Origin: Chloroflexota bacterium
GTDB lineage: Bacteria; Chloroflexota; Chloroflexia; QHBQ01
DNA: 39,394 nucleotides
Reading direction: 5' to 3'
Assembly (NCBI GenBank): GCA_043754535.1
Contig: JAYUUN010000062.1
Location: 1-39,394, forward strand
The position numbers were made by a program, and so were the translations under genes. The notes under the pieces are model-generated. The model was not told the origin of the DNA, made no database searches, and worked only from the letters and a program-made list of their open reading frames with translations. Below, one piece after another: positions 24,310 through 33,783 of the stretch. Numbering within the stretch: the stretch's first letter is position 1; every line of letters starts with the position of its first letter.

Positions 24310-27093
24310 TGGGTGTTCTCCTTTCGCCCCTGACGGGGCATCTACCAGTTTGAGGGTAGTGCTGCTATCGTCGTTGACGACGCGCACCTTGTACTTGCCG
24401 CCCAGCACCTCGCATAGCCCATTCCAGATATCAGCGTAGGCTTGCATATAGCGGGCGCATCGCTCCGGCCAGTAGCCGAAAGCCAACGATTTCGCATCTT
24501 CTTTGCGGGCCTGCCGCACCAGGTATGCAAACACGTTGAGCGGATCGCTACGCAGGGCGCGGGCAGTGCGATTGATCATCTGCCACTTGGGGTCGCGGGG
24601 TTCGCCATAGGTGTCGTAGTTGATGAAGTAGGCACGACTGACGAGGCGCAGCTTATCCATCACCCGATCAATACGGATGCGCCCGCTGGGACTCATGCCA
24701 GGCTCCGGCGGCTTCCTGGCTTTGGCGGCCTGCTCATTGGTCAGCCACTCGCGGTCGGCGGGTAGCAAGTAGCTGAGGAAGGGGTGGGGTGCGTCAAGGA
24801 CGACCGTCTCCTTGAAGTCCTCGCCGCTGGCAAACAGCGGCAGATAGTTGTCGCTGACCACTACCTTGCAGCCGAGGACGAGGGGCAGCATCAAGCCGAG
24901 GATCGCAGGGGTCGTCCACCGTTCGCTGGCGGTCGGTTCGTTGCCGAGGGCTTGCAGGCCGAAGAAGGTCAGCCCTTGCACCTCGTTTGCGGCATAATCC
25001 ATGTTGTAGTAGCCACGGCGGGGGTTGTCTTCCTCATCGTAGTCGCTGGTGTCAAACATCGGCAGGTCGAGGTAATCTAGTGGGGTTAGCTTGGTCTTCG
25101 CCAGCCGCTTATTAGCCTCATGAACGCTAAAATTGGTCATCTTGCCAACGATAGTGCCGACCAACGCTGCCGTCTCGGTGGTAAAGAAGTAGCTGGGGTA
25201 GAGGTAGATGAACTTGCGCTGCACCTCCTCAAAATCCTTGCCGATCAGCCGCTTCTTGTCACGCTGCAACAACTGGCGCAGCATCATCTCCAGCAGACAT
25301 ATAGCGCAGATGCCACCTGCGTTCTCGGCGGCGTTGAGCGGCAGACGGTTCTTGTAGACGTAGGGTTGAAAGATGGTGGCCGCTTCGTTCTGCGCCTGAG
25401 CCTGGCCTTCGCTGTCCTTGACCAGATAGCTGGAATTGCAGACGGTGCATGGCAGGCTGGCCGCCCGCCCTCGCTTGGCAGCGGTGTAGGCTTGCAACTC
25501 GGCGGCGAAGTCAGGCGCAGGGATAGCGGGCTGGTTGAAGCCACCAAAGCTGAGGTGGTCGCTGAGGTAGCGGCGCAGTTGGGGCAGCAAGACCCCCTGC
25601 CAGCTTGCCACTAGCTGGGTGCTGAACAGCGGGCTGGCTTCGTTCACAAAGCGACGCAGGAAGTGGGTGAGGCTACCTTCATCCTCTCCTTCAGTGGCGA
25701 GGCCAGGGGTACGACTGAGGAACTGGGCGGCCAGCCAAAAGTAGCGGAAGTCAAGGCCTCCCCTGGATGGAATTAGCAGGGCGGTCGCCAGTTCCTCCTT
25801 GCTGAAGCCGAAGGTCGTCTGCATCAACAGGCGCAGAGCGGCTCCGGCCTCTTTGTCAGTCTGCTCCACCTTCTCAACGATCAGGCGGTCGAAGTTGCGT
25901 AGGAAGCGGCCAACACTGGCGATCCGCTCGTCTGCCGGGTTGTAGTTGGCGAAACTGACGCTGCTGGGCAGGCGATCCTTCTCGCGGGGGGGGTTGGTTT
26001 GCAACTTCTGCATCGAAGCAAGGGTACTCTCGGTCACGTTCGCCTTCGTCCGCAAGCATACTGGGATCATGGCAGCGACGAACTGCTCTGGCCGCAACAG
26101 GTCGTAGAAGTAACTGGGGAACTTGAGGATGCTCTTGTTGTCGAAGCCAAAGCCGGGTGTGTTTTCATTGATGCGGCTCAGATGGGGGTCGTCGTTAACA
26201 CAAACTGTCTTCAGTTTGTTTTCGACTGCCACCCACACCGCATTGGGGCTGCTGTCCGACTGCACTTGGCGGTCGGTCTTGAGGTAGACGGTGCCGTTGG
26301 GGAAATAGAGGTAAGGGAGCAGGTCAGTGGGTTCGTCAGTCGCATCCGGGCGGGTCAACTGCTCCTTGACCCCGTTGTTGACCAGGTTGGTTAGCAGCCC
26401 GCGCACATCGCTAAACTGATGATAGACAAGGCTAAACTGCTTGTCGCTGACGGCATCCACCACGCGGGTCAGGGTCTTCGCTGCATCGCCATGCAGCACA
26501 TCCGCCGGACTCTTGACCAGGAAGGATAGGCAGTCGGAGTAGGTACAGAGGTCACGGGCGCGGGAACGTTCGCGCTCGTCATGTACCAGACCGGGGAATT
26601 GATAGGTACTCAGGTTTACGCCACTGACTAGCTGGGTGTTGATGACAAGAAAGAGGATGTCCTCCAAATAATCGGCGTAGCCAGGGAAGAAGGCGGCAGC
26701 GTTGACCCTTGCCAACTCCTCAGCCAGCATAGCAAGCGCAGCTTGTACCTGCTGACGATTGGCAGTGCCGACCTCATCCATCATGCCCTTGATCTTGTTC
26801 AGATCGTGCATGGCGTAACCGAGGATGTAAAGCCTCTGTCCCGTTTCGCTGAGGTAGGGGCGGCTACGCTGGAGGTCGGCTTGGGCCAGCAGGCGCATGG
26901 TAGGGAAGATGCCATTGAAGATATGAGCGACCATGCTCTGATCCTGGTTCTTGCCAAAGTAGTGGTGGGTGCTGCCCTTTGCAGGGGTGAGGGTATGAGT
27001 GGCGATGAACGGCTCGGCCATCGTCTGTACGAACTCGGCCAGCACCTTCTCCTCTGGCAGGACAGCCCGGTTGAGTAGTTGCGCGAGGATCAT
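23818..27093 (-). CDS. cas10d: Type I-D large subunit Cas10d (Csc3) with N-terminal HD nuclease
   Basis: AKG..DQSMVAHIFNG..HDLNK HD domain, RGLLTNLVNN, Zn-finger CTVC..ICAICLLEMMLRQ, and YLYPSYFFT. Confidence 0.95.
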   Translation of the reverse strand: MILAQLLNRAVLPEEKVLAEFVQTMAEPFIATHTLTPAKGSTHHYFGKNQDQSMVAHIFNGIFPTMRLLAQADLQRSRPYLSETGQRLYILGYAMHDLNKIKGMMDEVGTANRQQVQAALAMLAEELARVNAAAFFPGYADYLEDILFLVINTQLVSGVNLSTYQFPGLVHDERERSRARDLCTYSDCLSFLVKSPADVLHGDAAKTLTRVVDAVSDKQFSLVYHQFSDVRGLLTNLVNNGVKEQLTRPDATDEPTDLLPYLYFPNGTVYLKTDRQVQSDSSPNAVWVAVENKLKTVCVNDDPHLSRINENTPGFGFDNKSILKFPSYFYDLLRPEQFVAAMIPVCLRTKANVTESTLASMQKLQTNPPREKDRLPSSVSFANYNPADERIASVGRFLRNFDRLIVEKVEQTDKEAGAALRLLMQTTFGFSKEELATALLIPSRGGLDFRYFWLAAQFLSRTPGLATEGEDEGSLTHFLRRFVNEASPLFSTQLVASWQGVLLPQLRRYLSDHLSFGGFNQPAIPAPDFAAELQAYTAAKRGRAASLPCTVCNSSYLVKDSEGQAQAQNEAATIFQPYVYKNRLPLNAAENAGGICAICLLEMMLRQLLQRDKKRLIGKDFEEVQRKFIYLYPSYFFTTETAALVGTIVGKMTNFSVHEANKRLAKTKLTPLDYLDLPMFDTSDYDEEDNPRRGYYNMDYAANEVQGLTFFGLQALGNEPTASERWTTPAILGLMLPLVLGCKVVVSDNYLPLFASGEDFKETVVLDAPHPFLSYLLPADREWLTNEQAAKARKPPEPGMSPSGRIRIDRVMDKLRLVSRAYFINYDTYGEPRDPKWQMINRTARALRSDPLNVFAYLVRQARKEDAKSLAFGYWPERCARYMQAYADIWNGLCEVLGGKYKVRVVNDDSSTTLKLVDAPSGAKGEHPMEVVSGLVDRYAIFYSPDLGASASIVRPLESTAKLLLARPYDKGVQSEAEYAADIKLMIQGELMRWLDRIRNSEGSGRAMFYGRAISEQEAPALANFADFFYDKVFKGYCRGELGLLRSRLNNLKSGCEAYYSLNWRRWRKKSAPGEATPGDTIMDQTEAASA

Positions 27094-29264
27094 ACGCTCT
27101 CCTTCTGATAGTCAAAGTAGGCTCCTACATCGCTGGGGTTCTTGCGCCACCACAGTAGCGAGTCGAGCAGCAGGGCTTGCTTGCCGAAGGCGACGCAGTA
27201 TTCTTCGCGGCCATTGTTGTCGCTGAGGGGATGGATCGGGAACTGGAAGGGGAGACTAAGCACGCGCCGCGCCTGGTCGGGCTTGCCACCAAACTCGTTG
27301 GTGATCGTGCAGACGAGCCGCTGTTTGGTGAGCGCGGTGTTGACTTCTTCGCAGTTGTAGGCCCGCAACCGCTCGATGCGGAAGCCTTTTTGGGCGATGG
27401 CGTGGTTTAGCTTGTCGCGGTGTGGGCCGTGCAGGTTGAGGGTGGGTAGGCTGAAGCCAAAGCTATCGGCTTCGGGCAGGTATTCCAACACCTTGAGGTA
27501 AAGCAGTTGATAGCGGTAATCATACTCGTTGTAACCGGGGCGGCGGTTGACCTCGGCCATAAACTCAGCTTCACTGACGATCTCGAAGCGGCTGTTGGCG
27601 AGGATGTAGAGCAGGCTGTAGGTCTTGAGTGCGCCGTCAGTAGTGTCCCACACGCCGCAGCCAAGTGAAGTGCCGCGAAAGCTGTTGATCTCGGCCAGCA
27701 GTGCCTTGCCTGGCTCATCCTTCAGCAGTTCCTCGTACTCCTTGATCGCGCCCCAAAGCGAACCTTCACCTTTGAGGCCGAAGCTACGGACGAATTGAGC
27801 TACCGTTTCCTGCTTTTGCTCGACATAGTTGGCGGCATCAGTCTGGCGTTTGCTACTCAGGTTGAGGATGAAAGGAGCGGCCTGCTTCAACCCCCAGCGG
27901 TTGGCGTAGGCCGCGAACTGCTGGCGATTGGGGTAGACAGTGCTAATTATGCTGTTGAAGGCCGCCCGGTTGACGGGGGTGCTGAAGCGTGCTTCGTCGG
28001 CTGCACCTTGCTGCTCAACAAGGGCGGTGGCGATCCGTTCGCAGACAAAGCGGGGGCAGAGGGCGTAGGCCCGATAGCTGGTTGGCTCGAAGGTGTGGGA
28101 GCTACCATCCTGGGTGTAGCCTTCGTGACGACCGAGCCGCCCAAAGCGTTGCAGGAAGTCGGCGGCACTTCCTGCCTCAAAAATCAGCAGGTTGATCTGG
28201 AAGTCTACGCCAACATCTACGGTTGAAGTGCCTATCAGCAGGTGCTTCTTGAACGACTCTACCTTTGTGGCTTTGTCGGTCAGCCCCGTGTTCTCGCCTA
28301 CAGTTAGATTCTCAGCCTCAAACAGCGGCTTTAGCCTGGCGACGAGGCGGCGGGCGGCGGCCACCGAGTTGACAATGATTGCGCCTTTGCTGTTGGGGTA
28401 CTGCTTGTAGAAGGCGATCAGTTCGTCAACATGGTCATTCACCCACTGCTCGGCCTTGTACTCGCCGCTGGTGGCAGCCAGGTTGAGGGTGCAGGGGGCG
28501 AGGATGCGCCGGTAGTTGGGTAGCAGTTCGTCGCTGTACTCACCCACGATTTGCTTGAGGTTGAGGCCGCTAGCCGTCAGCATCTTGGTCATCAGATCGT
28601 CGGGGGTGGCTGAGAGGAAAATGAACTTGCGCTTCATCGCTGCGTAAGCCATGTTGCGCCGCTCAACCGCGACTGCATTGATGATGTTCATGATTGAGAT
28701 TACCTGCGGCGGGCCGAAGATGTGGAACTCGTCGAAGATGTAGTAGTGGAAGAAAGATTGCAGACGATAAACCAGTTCGCGGCGTTGCAGGTAGCCGTAG
28801 TTGAAGCTCATTAGTAGGTGGAAAAGGTCGGGGTTGGTCAGTAGCAGATCGGCATCGTCGAGTAGCCGCTTGACTTCCTCGGCGCGGTTGGTTTCACCGC
28901 TCTCCGACATGAGGCGGCTGATCTCGCTGCCATTCATCGGGCGGATGTTGAGGCGGCGGCTGAACTCGGCTACCTTTGCGCCGACGCTACGCTGCTGGTC
29001 GCGAATCAGTTCGTTGGTGGGGTAGGTCGCGCAGGCGCGGCGGTCGTCAAGCAGGGCTGGCAGGTAGGCCGCGAGGGTCTTGCCGTCACCGGTCATGGCG
29101 GTGTTGAAGATGATGTCCACGTCGGGGTCACGGTAGGCAGCGAGGGTAGCGATCTGATGGCGACCAAGGCGCAAGCCCGCTGGTGCGCCGAGGGCGGCAC
29201 TCTCCTCCGCACTGGCCTCCGCCGAGTAGACTGGCTTGATCGCAAGGCTGAAGTTGTCCACCAC
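27090..29264 (-). CDS. cas3: Type I-D helicase Cas3' (no HD domain)
   Basis: Walker A AMTGDGKT, YPTNEL, DEFH, SAT, STVDVGVDF and QRFGRLGRH motifs. Start at GTG after GGAGG. Confidence 0.95.
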   Translation of the reverse strand: MVDNFSLAIKPVYSAEASAEESAALGAPAGLRLGRHQIATLAAYRDPDVDIIFNTAMTGDGKTLAAYLPALLDDRRACATYPTNELIRDQQRSVGAKVAEFSRRLNIRPMNGSEISRLMSESGETNRAEEVKRLLDDADLLLTNPDLFHLLMSFNYGYLQRRELVYRLQSFFHYYIFDEFHIFGPPQVISIMNIINAVAVERRNMAYAAMKRKFIFLSATPDDLMTKMLTASGLNLKQIVGEYSDELLPNYRRILAPCTLNLAATSGEYKAEQWVNDHVDELIAFYKQYPNSKGAIIVNSVAAARRLVARLKPLFEAENLTVGENTGLTDKATKVESFKKHLLIGTSTVDVGVDFQINLLIFEAGSAADFLQRFGRLGRHEGYTQDGSSHTFEPTSYRAYALCPRFVCERIATALVEQQGAADEARFSTPVNRAAFNSIISTVYPNRQQFAAYANRWGLKQAAPFILNLSSKRQTDAANYVEQKQETVAQFVRSFGLKGEGSLWGAIKEYEELLKDEPGKALLAEINSFRGTSLGCGVWDTTDGALKTYSLLYILANSRFEIVSEAEFMAEVNRRPGYNEYDYRYQLLYLKVLEYLPEADSFGFSLPTLNLHGPHRDKLNHAIAQKGFRIERLRAYNCEEVNTALTKQRLVCTITNEFGGKPDQARRVLSLPFQFPIHPLSDNNGREEYCVAFGKQALLLDSLLWWRKNPSDVGAYFDYQKESV

Positions 29265-29323
29265 TTTCCACCTCCATAGTTTGCTGATTGGATTGTAGCA
29301 CGAGAGCGTTGCCGCAACTGAGG

Positions 29324-30316
29324 CTACACTGCGTCGGTACAATACATTTTGTAGAGTGCAGCGGCACTGGCCCGCATCCGGGCAACCAGGATGGGTGGCT
29401 CAAGGACGATGACCAACTCGTGGTAGGAGGAGAGTAGTCGCTCGGCGGCCAACAGGTCGCTGACTGCTGCGGTGACAGTGGCGGAGCCGTCGGGCTGTTG
29501 CACTACCTGCTGGTTGGGGAAGTGGTCACTGACTCCACCCCGTGCGATCTCAGCGGCGAGGTGGTAGCGCAGACGGTGGGTGGGGGCTGCTGGGCGGCTT
29601 GGCTGGCTACTGCGCCCCACCAGGGCAGCGGTGCCAGGGCGGATGCGATCAAGCCGGAAGCGTAGCTCCTTCTGCTTGCGGATACTCCAACCGTACAGGT
29701 AAACATGGCCTTCTTCATAGACCAGTGGACGCGGCTCAACGAGGTGGTTACGCTCCTTACCGTCGCGGGGGGTGCAGTAAAGGAACTCCAACTGGCGGCC
29801 TAGCCGAATAGCTTGCTCGATCTGGCTGAGGTTGTGACCATCGGCGTTGCGGTAGTCGGTTGTCTCACCCAGATTGAGGGTGAAGGTCGGCGGACGGTTT
29901 AGCTTCTGCCGTTGAGCAGCGGGAAGGAGAGCGGCCAGATGACTGAGCAGGATGCTGATGTCGTGGGCGTGGATGGTGTGGCTGTCTCGGAAGCTGGTTT
30001 GCAGGGTGGCAAAGGTGACTAGCTGCTCGTCACTGAGGGAGAGGCCAAAGGGGGACTGGTACAGGGCGTATCCACCATAATCGGGTTGATGTTCTATTAC
30101 GTACTTTAGCTGGCGCAAAGCAGCAATGTCACGTTGGAGGGCGCGAGGCAGTTCACGTGCGCTGCTGAATTGTGTTTTGTCGTACGCAAGCTCAAGCAGG
30201 CCATCAGCATTCAGCATAGTGGCAAGCTGGCTGTAGGTCTGGGGGCCACTGTGTAGCAGCACGAGTATCCGCAGACGACGGCGGAAGGCTCGTTCTGTAT
30301 TAGTATCTGTTTTCAC
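29324..30316 (-). CDS. HTH-WYL-WCX domain transcriptional regulator
   Basis: LQRDIAALRQ (wHTH) and VEPRPLVYEEGHVYLYGW..FRLDRI (WYL). Start at GTG 30316 after GAGG. Confidence 0.9.
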   Translation of the reverse strand: MKTDTNTERAFRRRLRILVLLHSGPQTYSQLATMLNADGLLELAYDKTQFSSARELPRALQRDIAALRQLKYVIEHQPDYGGYALYQSPFGLSLSDEQLVTFATLQTSFRDSHTIHAHDISILLSHLAALLPAAQRQKLNRPPTFTLNLGETTDYRNADGHNLSQIEQAIRLGRQLEFLYCTPRDGKERNHLVEPRPLVYEEGHVYLYGWSIRKQKELRFRLDRIRPGTAALVGRSSQPSRPAAPTHRLRYHLAAEIARGGVSDHFPNQQVVQQPDGSATVTAAVSDLLAAERLLSSYHELVIVLEPPILVARMRASAAALYKMYCTDAV

Positions 30317-30359
30317 ACCACACCTCTCATCAAACCCGCGGACATGATGCCCTGTGATG

Positions 30360-30388
30360 ATGATAGTACAGAGTGAGGTAGTTGTCAA
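30360..30388 (-). promoter_or_regulatory. Sigma70 promoter of the WYL-interference operon
   Basis: TTGACA-17 nt-TATCAT on the minus strand. Confidence 0.7.
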
Positions 30389-30474
30389 TGGCAAAACAAG
30401 ATCATCTTGCCGTTCATAACAAGTTTGTGCTTGCTCTTATTGTTTTGGTAAGGTTTTGGTAAGGAGGCTAGCAG

Positions 30475-31149
30475 ATGGATGAGCGATGGGAGGAGCCGGA
30501 GTACGTCCCCATCTCCCGCTTGAATGCTTACAGTTACTGTCCTAGAAGGTTCTACTACGAAGTAGTTCTAGCAGAGATGATCGTTAATGAACACGTGCTT
30601 GAGGGGGAGCTTGCTCATCACCGGGTGGATCAGCCTGGCTATGGCACGCGTGGGGAGAAGCTGCAACTGCGCCGCGTCTACCTGGCTGCCCCAGTGCTGG
30701 GGCTGATCGGCTACTGCGACCTGGTCGAGGCGGAGGGGGCGGTGGGTGACGATCTGCGGCTGCTCGCGCTGGCGGGCAAGCTCTACCCGGTCGAGTACAA
30801 GAAGGGGAAGCTGGGTAAGTGGGTCAACGACCAGGTGCAGCTTTGCGCCCAGGCGTTGGCCCTGGAGGAGACTCTGGCGGTGCCAGTGGGCAGTATCGGG
30901 CGTGGCTATCTCTACTATTTTGGCTCGGCCAGGCGCGACGAGGTAGAGTTGGGGCTTGGCTTGCGGCAGCAGACCTTGACGCTGCTGGCCGAGGCCAAGC
31001 TGGTGGCGACTTTGCCCCAGCCTCCGCCGCCGATTGACAGCAAGCGTAAGTGTCGGGATTGTTCGTTGGAACCGCTCTGCTTGCCCCGTGAGGTGCTGGC
31101 GATGCGGGCCGGAAAGGTGAGGCGTGATGGCGATCTTTTATCTGACTGA
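30475..31149 (+). CDS. cas4: CRISPR-associated exonuclease Cas4
   Basis: YCPRR, GYCDLVE, PVEYKKG, QLCAQA and KCRDCSL..LCLP (Fe-S Cys) motifs; AAGGAGG RBS. Confidence 0.96.
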   Translation: MDERWEEPEYVPISRLNAYSYCPRRFYYEVVLAEMIVNEHVLEGELAHHRVDQPGYGTRGEKLQLRRVYLAAPVLGLIGYCDLVEAEGAVGDDLRLLALAGKLYPVEYKKGKLGKWVNDQVQLCAQALALEETLAVPVGSIGRGYLYYFGSARRDEVELGLGLRQQTLTLLAEAKLVATLPQPPPPIDSKRKCRDCSLEPLCLPREVLAMRAGKVRRDGDLLSD

Positions 31150-32248
31150 ACAGCAGGCGTGGGTGGGGCGTGAGGGCGAGTGCCTGGTTGTCCACATCCC
31201 AGAGCGCGACGAGGCAGGCAAGCCGACTAAGAAGGAGCGCAAGAGGCCGATCCCGCTTTTCAAGCTGGAGGACGTGGTCGTGCTGGGCGACATTACGATC
31301 ACCACGCCTGCACTGGCTGCCCTGCTTGAGGCGAAGGTGGCGGTGACATTCTTTACGCGCTACGGCAAGTATCTGGGCAACCTCAGCCCAGAGTTGAGCA
31401 AGAACAGCATCTTGCGGCTGGCCCAGCACGCGGCTCATGCTGACCCCAGGCGACGGCTGGCGGTGGCACGGGGCTTTGTGATAGGCAAGCTGCGCAATAT
31501 GCGGACGGTCTTGCTGCGCTATGGCCGTAGTGAGGGTGACCCGCTGTTGGCGGCGGCGGCGGCCAGTATCAAGCGGTGTGTTGGGGCGGCGCAGGATGTT
31601 GATCTCAAGCTGGTGGCTGAGGAGATTGAGGAGAGCGAGGTGGTGCGTGACCCTGAGCTTGAGCCGGGCGAGTTGGTGGCGGGGCGGATGAACGGGCTGG
31701 GGCCGCTGCTGGGCTGTGAGGGGGCGGGCAGCGCGGCTTACTTTGGCGTGTTTGCCAACCTGATCAAGGTGGGCTGGGCGCATGGCTTCACGAAGCGGGC
31801 GCGGCGGCCACCGACTGACCCGGTGAACGCGATGCTGTCCTATGGCTACACGATCCTGAGTGGGCAGGTGACGAGCGCGGTGGCGGGGGTGGGCCTTGAC
31901 CCGTACATCGGCTACCTGCACTCGTCGCGCTATGGCAAACCGGCTCTTGCGCTGGATTTGTTGGAGGAGTTCAGGCCGATCATTGTGGACTCGGTGGTGC
32001 TGGGCTTGCTCAACAACCGGCAGGTGAGCGCGGCAGACTTTGAGCCGGAGCTAAATAGCTGGCGGATGAAGGATGCGACGCGGCGGCTGTTCTTGGAGAA
32101 GTTTGAGGAGCGGATGCAGGAGCCGATCAGCCATCCGCACTTTGAGTACAAGGCGACTTATCGACGGTGTATCGAGTTGCAGGCGCGGCTGCTGGCAAAG
32201 TACCTGACGGGTGAAGTGGGCGAGTACCTGCCGTTCGTGGTGCGTTGA
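31127..32248 (+). CDS. cas1: CRISPR-associated endonuclease Cas1
   Basis: EGAGSAAYF, RRPPTDPVNAMLSYGY, GLDPYIGYLH and ALDLLEEFRP motifs. Confidence 0.97.
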   Translation: MAIFYLTEQQAWVGREGECLVVHIPERDEAGKPTKKERKRPIPLFKLEDVVVLGDITITTPALAALLEAKVAVTFFTRYGKYLGNLSPELSKNSILRLAQHAAHADPRRRLAVARGFVIGKLRNMRTVLLRYGRSEGDPLLAAAAASIKRCVGAAQDVDLKLVAEEIEESEVVRDPELEPGELVAGRMNGLGPLLGCEGAGSAAYFGVFANLIKVGWAHGFTKRARRPPTDPVNAMLSYGYTILSGQVTSAVAGVGLDPYIGYLHSSRYGKPALALDLLEEFRPIIVDSVVLGLLNNRQVSAADFEPELNSWRMKDATRRLFLEKFEERMQEPISHPHFEYKATYRRCIELQARLLAKYLTGEVGEYLPFVVR

Positions 32249-32257
32249 GGAGGGGGT

Positions 32258-32575
32258 ATGGCAGAGCGGTTGCAGGGGAAGGTGCGGGGAGAGCGGGACA
32301 GCACGATGTTTGTGGTGGCTTACGACATCCCCGACGACAAGCGGCGCACGCAGGTGCATAAGTTGCTGAAGGGCTTTGGCACCTGGACGGAGTATTCGTT
32401 GTTCGAGTGCTGGCTGACGAAGAAGGAGATGTTGCAGTTGCGGGACAAGCTGGATAGGCATCTAAATGGGGAGCGGGATCGGGTGCGGATTTACAGCTTG
32501 TGTGCGAACTGTGTGGAGAAGGTAGAGACGGTGGGGCTGCCTGCGCCGCTGGAGGAGACGAGCTATTTGGTATGA
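32258..32575 (+). CDS. cas2: CRISPR-associated endonuclease Cas2
   Basis: VVAYDIPDDKRR, YSLFEC and DRVRIYSLC motifs. Confidence 0.96.
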   Translation: MAERLQGKVRGERDSTMFVVAYDIPDDKRRTQVHKLLKGFGTWTEYSLFECWLTKKEMLQLRDKLDRHLNGERDRVRIYSLCANCVEKVETVGLPAPLEETSYLV

Positions 32576-32758
32576 GGTTTGCGAGAGGCGACGGTGTGGC
32601 GGCTTGAGGCGGAGCCTCTCGCGGAAAAGCTGAGTACAAAACGGGGGATAGGGGGTTGACAAATGGAGAAAAGGGTGCTAGAATGGGTTTATTGCAGGAG
32701 CCTCTCGCAAAAAGGTGCCTTCAGGCACCAGCGACCACGCCCAACGTGGGGCGAGGGG
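32576..32758 (+). promoter_or_regulatory. CRISPR leader with promoter
   Basis: TTGACA (32656)-17 nt-(TGc)TAGAAT (32679); motifs GCGAGAGG at 32581 and CCTCTCGC at 32615 and 32701. Confidence 0.88.
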
Positions 32759-33666
32759 GTTGCAGCAACGGTAATCGCGACTGAGCGATTGAAACGTTGA
32801 AGGGCGCGGGTATGGTGGAGCAACTAGCCGAGTTGCAGCAACGGTAATCGCGACTGAGCGATTGAAACTGTACGATCCAGGATGTAGCGCACGCGGCTAA
32901 TATCGTTGCAGCAACGGTAATCGCGACTGAGCGATTGAAACAAGTTATCATTGAGCATCTGATCTAGCGCGCCTGGGAGGTTGCAGCAACGGTAATCGCG
33001 ACTGAGCGATTGAAACTTGCCTGAGGTTAGCGTAGGCGGTCATACGCGGGCGGGTTGCAGCAACGGTAATCGCGACTGAGCGATTGAAACGGATGCTTCC
33101 TCCCTGCTCATCCCATCGGCAGGGGCGTTGCAGCAACGGTAATCGCGACTGAGCGATTGAAACAGGTCGTTTACAAGCTGGCCCATGAGCCGTTCGATAG
33201 TTGCAGCAACGGTAATCGCGACTGAGCGATTGAAACGGCTTCTAGTTTGGGGTTCGAGGTGTGCAGCTAGAGTTGCAGCAACGGTAATCGCGACTGAGCG
33301 ATTGAAACTACGCGGATCAGGGGCGTGACTTTGTCCGCCCGGGTTGCAGCAACGGTAATCGCGACTGAGCGATTGAAACAGCAGTTCGCAGGCATCTTTA
33401 GCCTCCACATCGCGTTGCAGCAACGGTAATCGCGACTGAGCGATTGAAACAATTGCAGCTGCCAGTGCAGCAGCCACTAGGTGGGTTGCAGCAACGGTAA
33501 TCGCGACTGAGCGATTGAAACGTGCCAGCTACCCGCTTGTAGCCCGCCCCTTCCAACGGTTGCAGCAACGGTAATCGCGACTGAGCGATTGAAACGCCGC
33601 TTCGGGGGCTGAGGCGGCAACCCAACCGCGTTGCAGCAACGGTAATCGCGACTGGCTGCCAGCCGC
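32759..33666 (+). CRISPR. Type I-D CRISPR array, 13 repeats (last degenerate) and 12 spacers of 34-38 nt
   Basis: Repeat GTTGCAGCAACGGTAATCGCGACTGAGCGATTGAAAC at 32759, 32832, 32905, 32980, 33054, 33127, 33200, 33272, 33343, 33414, 33485 and 33559; only the first 25 nt are conserved at 33630. AATCGC/GCGATT stem and ATTGAAAC 3' end. Confidence 0.99.
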
Positions 33667-33704
33667 TTGCTCGTTGTGGCAGCCTATCTTGCTGAGGAAC
33701 CATC

Positions 33705-33776
33705 ATGACCGAACTTGAACTCCAAGCCTGGGCTGGCTCCTTTGCCAGCTTTACTGCTCGTTTCACGCATCTCTAC
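33705..33776 (+). mobile_element. Probable IS701-family transposase N-terminal remnant
   Basis: RBS plus MTELELQAWAGSFASFTARFTHLY resembles IS701 transposase N-termini (recognised from memory); similarity then stops abruptly. Confidence 0.45.
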
Positions 33777-33783
33777 AGAGGCC

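Noticed and set aside
30370..30390. 9/10 match (GTAGTTGTCA vs GTAGTGGTCA) between mini-array spacer positions 9-18 and the -35 region of the WYL-cas promoter
   Set aside because: Seed positions 1-8 mostly mismatch, there is no in-register GTN PAM, and a match of this size is plausible by chance. Not accepted as a CreR-type target, though cheap to test.
32721..33766. Several minus-strand ORFs over the CRISPR array
   Set aside because: Artefacts of translating the repeats.
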